Virus record (IMG/VR): IMGVR_UViG_3300027653_000026
Location: 1 to 41,858 of that record
From: a virus
Taxonomy: Duplodnaviria; Caudoviricetes
Direction: 5' to 3' (one strand)
Length of the DNA: 41,858 nt
Part shown: positions 25,395-33,813 of the stretch, piece by piece
Layout of the letters: the number at the start of each line of letters is the position of its first letter
How positions within the stretch are numbered: position 1 is the stretch's first letter
The notes under the pieces: generated by a model
Database searches by the model: none
What the model was told of the DNA's origin: nothing
What the model saw: the letters and a program-made list of their open reading frames with translations, nothing else
Translations under genes and position numbers: made by a program

Positions 25395-25561
25395 AAATGT
25401 ACGATATACAAATGGCTCACGGTTCCGATGTTTTTGTCGTGACTGTCCGCGAGGTGGTAAATGTTGAGTTTGCAAATGGTATTTACTTGATGTACGACAT
25501 TGATGGTAAGCTTATTTTTAGCTCACCTGCTGATACGGTTTTATATATTAATGAATCGTAA
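25391..25561 (+). CDS. 56-aa hypothetical protein
   Basis: ATGA overlap; open frame. Confidence 0.45.
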   Translation: MKMYDIQMAHGSDVFVVTVREVVNVEFANGIYLMYDIDGKLIFSSPADTVLYINES

Positions 25562-25565
25562 TACC

Positions 25566-25740
25566 CGTCTTTGAGCAATAGACGATATAAACAGGCTTAT
25601 AATCAATCGTGCGCGGGAATAAACACAACTCAATAGATTTGTATGCGAAAGACACTGTGCGGGCTTACGAGCGTGTGCGGGGTCTTTTTTTAATGCAATG
25701 AAATAGGTTGCTGCTATTCGTGTGTGGGATAAATGGAGGA
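25566..25740 (+). promoter_or_regulatory. Structured leader of the scaffold/capsid genes with repeated motif and terminator-like hairpin
   Basis: cgtct/agacg hairpin 25566-25584; TGYGYGGG motif in 10-mers at 25608, 25654, 25672, 25719; aaagac...gtcttt stem + T run at 25648-25691. Confidence 0.55.
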
Positions 25741-25746
25741 ATTAAA

Positions 25747-26298
25747 ATGACAGAAGAAAATAAAGAAGTCGAAACTGATGAAGAAGTTGAAACTACTGAA
25801 AACACTAATAATGAAGAGCAGGAAGATACAGCTTACTCACAGTCAGAAGTAGATAGCCAGATCAGCAAGGCGGTAGCAAGTGCACTAGAAAAGCGTGAGG
25901 CTAAAATGCAGAAAGAACTAGAAAGCCGTATCGAGAAAGAACGCAATGAGGCGGCAGAGTATGCCAAGCTAACTGCCAAGGAACAAGAAGAGGCTGATTA
26001 CAAGAAACGCCTAGAAGAAATTGAGAGTCGAGAAAGAGCAATCAATGATAGGGAACTACTTAATCAAATTGAATCAGACTTAAAAGAAAATGAGTTACCG
26101 GTTGCATTTGCGCAATCACTATTGACCATCCAAGACAATGAGAAGATCAAGGATGCAGTAGGTTCTATTAAGGAAGAATTCGATAACGCAGTAAATGAAC
26201 AAGTTAAGACAAGATTAAGGCAAGATACACCAAGCGAATCTACAGTTGAGGTCGAATCAGACCCATTTGCAAAACTAATTAATAAATATAAAAAATAG
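25747..26298 (+). CDS. Capsid scaffolding protein (DUF4355-like)
   Basis: YSQSEVDSQI..., coiled coil, precedes MCP; GGAGG RBS. Confidence 0.85.
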   Translation: MTEENKEVETDEEVETTENTNNEEQEDTAYSQSEVDSQISKAVASALEKREAKMQKELESRIEKERNEAAEYAKLTAKEQEEADYKKRLEEIESRERAINDRELLNQIESDLKENELPVAFAQSLLTIQDNEKIKDAVGSIKEEFDNAVNEQVKTRLRQDTPSESTVEVESDPFAKLINKYKK

Positions 26299-26312
26299 GG
26301 AGAGATTTAATC

Positions 26313-27212
26313 ATGGCAGGAAATAACAATCAACCAGAAAGACGTTATGAAAAGGAATTTAAAGGACTATTACAGGCGGTATTCGGACATCGTGCATACT
26401 TCCGCGACTTTTTCGGCGGTAGCATTGAAGCATTAGACGGAGTAAAGGAAAATGATACAGCGTTCAGCGTTAAGACGAATGATATGCCGGTAGTAATCGG
26501 AACATATGACACAGACGCAGATGTTGCATTCGGAGAAGGTACGGCTAACTCAACGCGTTTTGGTGAGCGTAAAGAAGTAATTTATGCTAACACGGACGTT
26601 CCTTACACGTGGAACTGGGCGATTCATGAAGGAATTGACCGCTTCACAGTAAACAACGAATTTAACGCAGCAGTTGCAGATCGTTTGGATTTACAAGCTA
26701 ACGCAAAGACTGAAGAGTTTAACGCTAAGCATTCTGCATTCGTTTCAGCCAGTGCGGGTGAAACAGTTGATGCAACTGAACACGATAACGTATTGAGCCT
26801 ATTTAACGCATTGGCGGTGTACTTCACTAACGCTAAGACAATCGGAGCGCGTCATGCAAAAGTAACGCCAGAGCTTTACAACGACATTGTAGATCATCCG
26901 GCAGCAACTACATCAAAGCATTCAGGGGCAAACGTTGATGAGAATACAATTGTTAAGTTTAAAGGATTTGTTATTGAAGAGTTGCCAGAAGATGCTTTCC
27001 AAGATGGCGAAATTGTTTATGCCTATATCGCAGGCGTAGGAAAGGCATTTACAGGTATTTCAACAGCTAGAACTAAGGAGTCAGAGGACTTTGACGGTGT
27101 AGCATTACAAGGTGCTGGGCTTTCCGGTGAGTATATCCCAGAAGATAACAAGGCGGCAGTTGTAAAGGTAACAGGTGACTTAGGCGGATCAGGCGGAGGT
27201 GTTGAGGGATAA
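26313..27212 (+). CDS. Major capsid protein
   Basis: 299 aa after scaffold; RFGERKE..Y, AIHEGIDRFTVNN, SEDFDGVALQGAG. Confidence 0.88.
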   Translation: MAGNNNQPERRYEKEFKGLLQAVFGHRAYFRDFFGGSIEALDGVKENDTAFSVKTNDMPVVIGTYDTDADVAFGEGTANSTRFGERKEVIYANTDVPYTWNWAIHEGIDRFTVNNEFNAAVADRLDLQANAKTEEFNAKHSAFVSASAGETVDATEHDNVLSLFNALAVYFTNAKTIGARHAKVTPELYNDIVDHPAATTSKHSGANVDENTIVKFKGFVIEELPEDAFQDGEIVYAYIAGVGKAFTGISTARTKESEDFDGVALQGAGLSGEYIPEDNKAAVVKVTGDLGGSGGGVEG

Positions 27213-27751
27213 TGACAAGTTTTGAGGCTAAAGTTATTCAGGACATACCTGCTAATCGCTTAATTGCGCTAGGCGGGGTTAATTCTGATGATAATCCAGA
27301 AGAGGGTTGGGACACTGTATATTTAATCTTATCTAAAAAGGGATGGATTCCAGACCTAGTCTCAACGTCCAGTTTAGAAAAAGACAGCATTGTAAATGCG
27401 ACGATTAAGAACAACCCGGTATGGAAGGTTGAATCATCTCGAGATTTACCTGCAGGAACACTCGTTCAGTGTGACGATGACGGTAGAGTAAAAAGCTATC
27501 ATCCTGCTGATGGAAACCACATTGGATACACAACTCATTCAGTTAAAATTGGTGAAGTGGTTGAAATCGTCCGTAAGTACGGCGGCATGCCACAGAGTCA
27601 AGAAGAGGCATCGACATTTATTGATCCGAAAGAACCAGACTTAGAGGGTTTAACGAACGGAGAGCTTAAGTCATTGCTTGATAATAAGGGTATTGAATAC
27701 AATGACAAAGCTACTAAGAAGGAGCTCGTAGAACTCTTAGGAGGCGAATGA
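27212..27751 (+). CDS. Head decoration-like protein (DUF2190-like domain + C-terminal HeH/LEM-like domain)
   Basis: Paralog of 29686-30216; C-term LTNGELKSLLDNKGIEY...ATKKELVELL. Confidence 0.65.
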   Translation: MTSFEAKVIQDIPANRLIALGGVNSDDNPEEGWDTVYLILSKKGWIPDLVSTSSLEKDSIVNATIKNNPVWKVESSRDLPAGTLVQCDDDGRVKSYHPADGNHIGYTTHSVKIGEVVEIVRKYGGMPQSQEEASTFIDPKEPDLEGLTNGELKSLLDNKGIEYNDKATKKELVELLGGE

Positions 27752-28104
27752 GCGTGACAAACATGCGTGAAAACATTAAAAAAGTAATAGGTGTCGAGGA
27801 CGATATGCAAGATGATGTCCTCGACATTTTAATGTCTAATGTTCAAAGCCACTTGTTGGGACTGTTCAAAAAGGTAGACAAAGAGATTGTGGGCATACCA
27901 TCGGAAGCCGAGTATATCATCTTTGAAATTACTGTAAGAAGGTATAATCGTATTGGTTCGGAGGGATTAAAATCTGAATTAGTAGAGGGTCATAGGATTG
28001 ATTTTTATGACTTGAAAGATGAGTTCGATCCATACCTGGACATTATAGAAGGTTACAAAAAGGATGAAGATCATCGGGGTAGGGGAAAGGTGATGTTTAT
28101 CTAA
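27748..28104 (+). CDS. Head-tail connector (SPP1 gp15-like)
   Basis: EITVRRYNRIGSEG..SE.VEG; synteny. Confidence 0.85.
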   Translation: MSVTNMRENIKKVIGVEDDMQDDVLDILMSNVQSHLLGLFKKVDKEIVGIPSEAEYIIFEITVRRYNRIGSEGLKSELVEGHRIDFYDLKDEFDPYLDIIEGYKKDEDHRGRGKVMFI

Positions 28105-28409
28105 TGCGATTCAATAAACGAATCACTTTTGTCACTGACAGCGAATCTTATTACGATCCTATTATTGGCGATTATGTCGAGGGCGAAAAACAAAAGGACA
28201 CAGTGCCCGCAAACATCAATAAGACAAGCGCTGAACAGTCTAAACAGTTGTTTGGTGAGATAGATACAATCATGATTATCGCACGAACGCAGAGGCCATA
28301 CAATAAACACTTTGACTATATCGAGATTGATAGCAAACCTTACAACTTAGTAAGGCAATCCGATGTTAGAAAAGGTGTTTTTTATTTGGAGCGTGATAGC
28401 CATAATTAA
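28104..28409 (+). CDS. Head closure/stopper protein
   Basis: MRFNKRITF...YYDP..G.Y; synteny. Confidence 0.7.
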   Translation: MRFNKRITFVTDSESYYDPIIGDYVEGEKQKDTVPANINKTSAEQSKQLFGEIDTIMIIARTQRPYNKHFDYIEIDSKPYNLVRQSDVRKGVFYLERDSHN

Positions 28410-28743
28410 GGTAACGGGTGCTGATAAATTAATAGCCCAACTAAAAAGAAACGCTAATATAGATGACGTGAAAAACGTTGTCAGGTTAAATGGATCTGAA
28501 ATGGAAAAGAAAATGAAGCGTAATGCTAGTTTTACGAAGGGTTATCAAACGGGAGAAACCAAGCGATCTATTGGTCTTGAGATTAAAGACAAGGGACTCA
28601 CAGCAGAAGTTAAGCCAACAACACACTATGCGCCTTACCTAGAAAAAGGTACTAGGTTTATGGATGCACAACCGTTTGTAAGGCCTTCATTTGATGCACA
28701 AGAGTCAATATTTATAAAAGACATGCGAAGATTGATGAGGTGA
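28402..28743 (+). CDS. HK97 gp10-like tail completion protein (probable ATA start)
   Basis: TGETKRSI...YAPYLEKGTRFMDAQPFVRP; GGAGCGTGA RBS. Confidence 0.85.
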   Translation: MIKVTGADKLIAQLKRNANIDDVKNVVRLNGSEMEKKMKRNASFTKGYQTGETKRSIGLEIKDKGLTAEVKPTTHYAPYLEKGTRFMDAQPFVRPSFDAQESIFIKDMRRLMR

Positions 28744-28749
28744 TTTAAA

Positions 28750-29145
28750 GTGTCACCAAGTAAACAGATATTAGATACTGTGTGGGCAGGTTTAAGCGAA
28801 TACGATGTATACGATTATCTACCTGCAGAAGACGTAAAGTATCCATTCATTCATTTGGGCGATACATTCGATAACGACAACATCCGCATTAAAGGATTGT
28901 TGAGAAGTGGAGTAGCTCAACGCATTGATATATACCACACGTTGAAGAATCGAAATGAATTGAGCTCAATATTCGAACACGTAAAGAACTATTTAAGAGA
29001 GTTAAAAGAAACAAAGGACTACACAGTTAAATTAAATAGCCCTATAACATCGTTTATAGGCAAAGACAACTCAACTTCTACCACTTATCTACGTGGACAC
29101 ATAGAAGTTGAGTTTTTAGTTACGAAAAAACTAGGAGGTTATTAA
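28750..29145 (+). CDS. Tail terminator (SPP1 gp17-like)
   Basis: VYDYLP...YPFIHLG; precedes major tail protein. Confidence 0.75.
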   Translation: MSPSKQILDTVWAGLSEYDVYDYLPAEDVKYPFIHLGDTFDNDNIRIKGLLRSGVAQRIDIYHTLKNRNELSSIFEHVKNYLRELKETKDYTVKLNSPITSFIGKDNSTSTTYLRGHIEVEFLVTKKLGGY

Positions 29146-29146
29146 T

Positions 29147-29686
29147 ATGGCAGATGAGCCAATTTTACAAATGATTGATGGTAAAAACAAGATTCTATTA
29201 TTTAGAGAGTTTTCAAAACAAGCTACAGAGGAAGCTACTAAACTAGTGTTCCAAACAGAGCATACTTTCTCATTCAGCCGTGAGCTAGACCGAATCACTA
29301 CTAAGGACGGGACAGTAATCAAGGTTGGAGAGCTCGAGTCAGAGGTAGGCATTGAGGCTATCCAAGCGAAGCGTGATCCTGTGTCTGCATTCTTACGGGC
29401 TGCAGCTATTGCTGGGACTAAATTAGAAATTTGGGAAGTGTCGGTTGATGAAGACTTGGAAGAAGACAGCAAGTTCCCGGCTATTTATGCGCAAGGTTAT
29501 CTTGATTCTTGGGAAGGTTCAGCAAGTGCGGAAGATGAGGCAGAAATCTCTTCTAACTTCATTGTGGAGCTAGAGCCACAGTTTGGTATGGCCACAATCA
29601 CGGAGGGTCAGCAAGAGGCTATTCAGTACGCATTTACAGACACCACAGCTGGATCAGACGGTGGCAACGGAGGTGTTGAAGGATAA
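29147..29686 (+). CDS. Major tail (tube) protein, TP901-1-like
   Basis: GKNKILLFR...FQTEH...TKDG...LEIWEV...YAQGY...YAFTDT. Confidence 0.9.
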   Translation: MADEPILQMIDGKNKILLFREFSKQATEEATKLVFQTEHTFSFSRELDRITTKDGTVIKVGELESEVGIEAIQAKRDPVSAFLRAAAIAGTKLEIWEVSVDEDLEEDSKFPAIYAQGYLDSWEGSASAEDEAEISSNFIVELEPQFGMATITEGQQEAIQYAFTDTTAGSDGGNGGVEG

Positions 29687-30216
29687 TGACAAGATTTAAA
29701 GCGACTGTATCAGAAGACGTTGAAGCTAATCGATTAATGGTTAAGTCAGTATCCGAGGGGTTAATTGGTTTGTCTATTGCTCAACCAGGTGATACGCCTG
29801 AATTTAGATCAACAGGTAAATTACTAGAAGGTCAAGAGGTAACGGTAACTATTAAGGGTGCTAACTCGTGGAACATTGAGGCAGGCGGAGACATTGAAGC
29901 TGGTGCCGATGTCGGAGTGGGGGATGACGGTATGGCAATTGAATCAGAAGATAGCTTCGGATATGCCACACGCTCAGCGAGTGCGGGAGATAAGATCGAA
30001 GTTGTGCGCGCATCCAGTGGCGGCGGAGCAGGAGAGAAGGGACCTAGAGGAGATGCAGGTCCAGCAGGAGATAAGGGACCTGACGGGGATCAAGGCGCGA
30101 AAGGTCCAGTAGGCGATCAAGGCCCTATCGGAGATCAAGGCCCAGTAGGTGAAAAAGGCCCAACGGGTGATAAGGGGCCAACGGGTGATAAAGGTCCGGA
30201 CGGGGATCCAGCATAA
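29686..30216 (+). CDS. Decoration-like protein (DUF2190-like domain + C-terminal collagen repeat)
   Basis: Paralog of 27212-27751; about 20 Gly-X-Y triplets. Confidence 0.7.
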   Translation: MTRFKATVSEDVEANRLMVKSVSEGLIGLSIAQPGDTPEFRSTGKLLEGQEVTVTIKGANSWNIEAGGDIEAGADVGVGDDGMAIESEDSFGYATRSASAGDKIEVVRASSGGGAGEKGPRGDAGPAGDKGPDGDQGAKGPVGDQGPIGDQGPVGEKGPTGDKGPTGDKGPDGDPA

Positions 30217-30230
30217 ACGAATAACAACAC

Positions 30231-30260
30231 AGAGTGGGAGAAATCCCGCTCTATTTTTTT
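30231..30260 (+). terminator. Intrinsic terminator after tail tube genes
   Basis: agagtggga-gaaa-tcccgctct + T run. Confidence 0.8.
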
Positions 30261-30282
30261 ATACAAAAAGGGGAAATTAATA

Positions 30283-30645
30283 ATGAAATTAACTATTGGA
30301 CAAAAAGAATATGAGCTTAAATTCGGTTTGAAGTTTTTGAGAGAGCTAGACAAAGCATATGTACAAAAGATCGAAGGCATGGAGTTTTCCATGGGTCTAC
30401 AGCAAGCAAACATTTATTTGAATATGAAAGATCCCAATGCGCTAAGCACAGTAATTAAGGCGGGCGTAAGTCACCTAGACAGTCATCCATCTAACGATGA
30501 TGTGGAAGCTTATCTCGAAGGTGTCTACGAAAGCGGAAATGAAGTTCAGTTACTTAAAGATGTCCAAGGAGCTATGGAGCAAGCGCCTTTTTTGAAACAA
30601 CAGATCAAGGAGATACAAAAGAACCAAAAGAAAGTTCAGAAGTAA
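30283..30645 (+). CDS. Tail assembly chaperone (gpG-like)
   Basis: YELKFGLKFLRELDK; between MTP and TMP. Confidence 0.85.
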   Translation: MKLTIGQKEYELKFGLKFLRELDKAYVQKIEGMEFSMGLQQANIYLNMKDPNALSTVIKAGVSHLDSHPSNDDVEAYLEGVYESGNEVQLLKDVQGAMEQAPFLKQQIKEIQKNQKKVQK

Positions 30646-30980
30646 CCTACAAAAAAATAATTACTAACTGTTTTAGATATTTGAGAACTAAAGACTTATA
30701 TGAAATAGAGGTAATGTCATATTTCGAATATCAAGCGAGGTTATACGCTTTTAGGTTGTCAGAAGTCGATAAGGAATACGACATGCACTTACAGGCATAC
30801 CTCAACAACTTAGTGACAGCAACTGACAAGGGAAAGCCGAAGTTCAAGGACTTCAAAGATTTCTTTGACTACGAAAAACAGATAAATGAAATAGAAAATG
30901 GTTTAACTGAAAGGAAAATAAAGCCTCAACACAAGCGCATGGCTAACATAGCAGCGGAGGTAAACGCGAGAGGAGGATAA
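30588..30980 (+). CDS. -1 frameshift extension of tail chaperone (gpT-like)
   Basis: T-TTT-TTG heptamer at 30588-30594; -1 frame open 30558-30980; no RBS before the ORF-track TTG at 30681. Confidence 0.75.
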   Translation, partial: FFETTDQGDTKEPKESSEVTYKKIITNCFRYLRTKDLYEIEVMSYFEYQARLYAFRLSEVDKEYDMHLQAYLNNLVTATDKGKPKFKDFKDFFDYEKQINEIENGLTERKIKPQHKRMANIAAEVNARGG

Positions 30981-30981
30981 T

Positions 30982-33810
30982 ATGAACACTTATTCGGTCG
31001 CAGCACAACTAAAAGCAGCGGGTACTGATAAGTTTATCAGTGATTTTAATAACGCAGCTAATAGTGTGCAAAGTTTTGTTAATGATAACAACAAAGCATT
31101 CGAATCGATGCGTAAAGTCGGAAAGTTCGCGATGGCAGGTGGGTTGGCAGTTGGTGCCGGGTTGGGTATCGCTGTAAAAACAGCTGCTGACTTTGAGTCT
31201 TCTATGTCACAAGTTAAGGCAATTAGTGGCGCAACAGGCGATGAGTTTAATAGTTTGCGAGATAAAGCAATTGAAATGGGTAACAAAACGGTATTTAGCG
31301 CCTCTGAATCTGCTGATGCGATGAGTGCTTTAGCCCAAATGGGTTGGGATACCGATCAGATAATGGGCGGTATTGAACATACGTTAAACCTTGCAGCAGC
31401 AGGGGGGTTGGAATTGGCAGATAGTGCCACGATAACAGCTAACACAATGAACCAGTTTGGATTAGAGGCAGAAGATGCCGAGCGCGTGGCGGACGTATTC
31501 GCATATACGGCGAGTAATGCGGGTACCGATGTAACTCAAATGGCAGATGCCATGCAATATGCAGGGTCTAACGCAGCAGCAGCAGGCATGAGTATCGAGG
31601 ATACAGCGGCCTTCATCGGAGTTCTTGGTGATGCAGGTATCACAGGCTCAAAGGCGGGTACAGCACTAAACGGTATGTTACGAGACTTAAAGAAGAATTC
31701 AGAAGATGGGGCCGTTGCAATAGGCGATCAATCAGTAGCCTTATATGATGCAGAGGGAAAAATGAGGCCTATGCCTGATGTAATCGGAGATATCGCTAGA
31801 GCAACCGAGGGCATGAGCAACGAACAGCGAGACGCTGCACTATCTGCGGTATTTGGAGATCAAGCCTTAGCGGGGTTTAACGCAGTCGCAGGACAAGGAG
31901 CGGACTCCGTTTCCGAATTGTCTGAAGAGTTGAGCGAATCTAAGGGAACAGCCGAAGAAATGGCAGACGTTATGCAAGACAATTTAAACGGATCATTGAC
32001 AGAGTTGGGGTCAGCGTTTGAGGGTGTAATGATTGCTATAGGTACGGCGTTAATACCCGTGATTGAAAAGGCGGTAGAGGTTTTAAAGTCTGCTGCTGAT
32101 TGGTTTAACGATTTATCGGAAACGGCTAAAAACAACATAGGGATATTCTTGGCAGTCTCATCTGTAGTGATGACTCTAGGCGGGGCTTTTCTGATACTTG
32201 TGGGATCACTGCCTTTTATCATGAATGGGTTCACACACGTTGCCAGGTTGTTGGGCATGGTAAGAAAAGCAATGGTGTTATTTAACACAGCAATATTAAT
32301 GAACCCAATAGCATGGCTAGTTGCCGCGATAGTTGCAGCTGCTGTTTTAATATATGTTTATTGGGAGCCTATAAGCGAGTTCTTCATAAATTTGTGGGAG
32401 ATAATCAAAACGGCAGCGATTGCGGTCTGGGATGTAGTGATGGAAGCATGGATGGCAACGATTGAATTTCTTAAAGAGTTATGGGCGGGCGTTTCCGAGT
32501 TCTTCATGGAGATATGGGAGTCTATAAAAGAAATATTTATGGTTGTTTGGGAACCAATACAAGAGGCTTGGAATGAAGTTATAGAGTTCTTAATGGAGAT
32601 ATGGGAAGACTTATCCGAGTTCTTCTCGTTGTTGTGGGAAGACATTAAAGAGACCATGCTAGAAGTCTGGGAACCAATACAAGAGGCTTGGGGACAGGCA
32701 GTAGAGTTCTTCACTGATGTTTGGGAATCCATCAAAGAGGTTGCGGTTAAGGTTTGGGATAGCATCGTTGATGTAATCACAAGTGTGTGGGATGCGATAG
32801 TCTCATTCATAACCCCAATCGTCGAAACAATAAAATCGGTAATATCCACCGCGTGGAACGCCATTCAAAAAATAACCTCTACTGTAATGAATGCGATAAA
32901 GTCAGTCATAACATCGATTTGGAATGTTATTAAAACAATAATCACAACAACGATGAACGTCATCAAGACGATAATTTCCACGGTATGGAATGTTATAAAG
33001 GCAGTTATTACTACGGTAGTAAATGTCATTAAAGCAGTTATACAAACTGTGTGGAATGTAATCAAGGGTATTATTCAAGCAGTAATGAGCGCTATTCAGG
33101 GCGATATATCGGGAGTTTGGAACGCAATAAAAGGTATTATCAGTTCTGTCATGAGTGGGATAATGAGCATAATTTCAAGCATATGGAACGGAATACGCAG
33201 TGTTATCACTTCTGTTGTAAATGGAATCCGCAGTGTCATATCAAGTATATTCAACTCTTTAAGAGGCATCGTAACAGGAGCCATGAGCGGAGTCAGGAAC
33301 GCGGTATCGACCGGCATTAAAGGCGCGTTGAAAGTTGTGACAGGTATGGGGTCTAGCTTTAAAGAGGCAGGCGGGAAGATCATCAGCATGATTGCAGATG
33401 GAATTAAAGGCGCCGCAAGCAAAGTTACGGGCGCTGCTAAGGATTTAATGGGTAAAGTAAGAAACCTGTTGCCATTCTCACCTGCTAAAGATGGACCGTT
33501 AACAGATCTTCATCAACTTAATTTCGGCGGAACGATTGCAGACAGTATAAGAAAAGGGCGCTCACTTGCCGTTGGAGCTATGGATGACATGATGGAGTCT
33601 GTAAGAGGTGTAGCAGATCCAGGCGTAGAAATAGGCTCATCGTTTAAAAACCGAAGAATGCACAATAGACAATCTATTGAGTTTAGCACTAAAAAACAAC
33701 CCGCTTATATCAACGTTGCCATTGGGAATCAACAGTTTGATGGGTTCGTGGAAGATATAACAGAAGTACAAAGCAGAAAAACAACCAGACTAGATAGATT
33801 TAGGGGGTAA
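30982..33810 (+). CDS. Tape measure protein
   Basis: TP901-type core (FESSMSQV.AISGA...G.KAGTAL), TM region, Trp-periodic repeats; 24-bp repeat at 32548/32668. Confidence 0.95.
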   Translation: MNTYSVAAQLKAAGTDKFISDFNNAANSVQSFVNDNNKAFESMRKVGKFAMAGGLAVGAGLGIAVKTAADFESSMSQVKAISGATGDEFNSLRDKAIEMGNKTVFSASESADAMSALAQMGWDTDQIMGGIEHTLNLAAAGGLELADSATITANTMNQFGLEAEDAERVADVFAYTASNAGTDVTQMADAMQYAGSNAAAAGMSIEDTAAFIGVLGDAGITGSKAGTALNGMLRDLKKNSEDGAVAIGDQSVALYDAEGKMRPMPDVIGDIARATEGMSNEQRDAALSAVFGDQALAGFNAVAGQGADSVSELSEELSESKGTAEEMADVMQDNLNGSLTELGSAFEGVMIAIGTALIPVIEKAVEVLKSAADWFNDLSETAKNNIGIFLAVSSVVMTLGGAFLILVGSLPFIMNGFTHVARLLGMVRKAMVLFNTAILMNPIAWLVAAIVAAAVLIYVYWEPISEFFINLWEIIKTAAIAVWDVVMEAWMATIEFLKELWAGVSEFFMEIWESIKEIFMVVWEPIQEAWNEVIEFLMEIWEDLSEFFSLLWEDIKETMLEVWEPIQEAWGQAVEFFTDVWESIKEVAVKVWDSIVDVITSVWDAIVSFITPIVETIKSVISTAWNAIQKITSTVMNAIKSVITSIWNVIKTIITTTMNVIKTIISTVWNVIKAVITTVVNVIKAVIQTVWNVIKGIIQAVMSAIQGDISGVWNAIKGIISSVMSGIMSIISSIWNGIRSVITSVVNGIRSVISSIFNSLRGIVTGAMSGVRNAVSTGIKGALKVVTGMGSSFKEAGGKIISMIADGIKGAASKVTGAAKDLMGKVRNLLPFSPAKDGPLTDLHQLNFGGTIADSIRKGRSLAVGAMDDMMESVRGVADPGVEIGSSFKNRRMHNRQSIEFSTKKQPAYINVAIGNQQFDGFVEDITEVQSRKTTRLDRFRG

Positions 33811-33813
33811 GCA

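Noticed and set aside
32370-33260. Periodic repeats in the tape measure gene
   Set aside because: Ordinary Trp-periodic TMP repeats
30990-33422. Long minus-strand ORFs within the tape measure gene, and similar shadow ORFs elsewhere
   Set aside because: Antisense shadows of biased codon usage, without RBS or motifs
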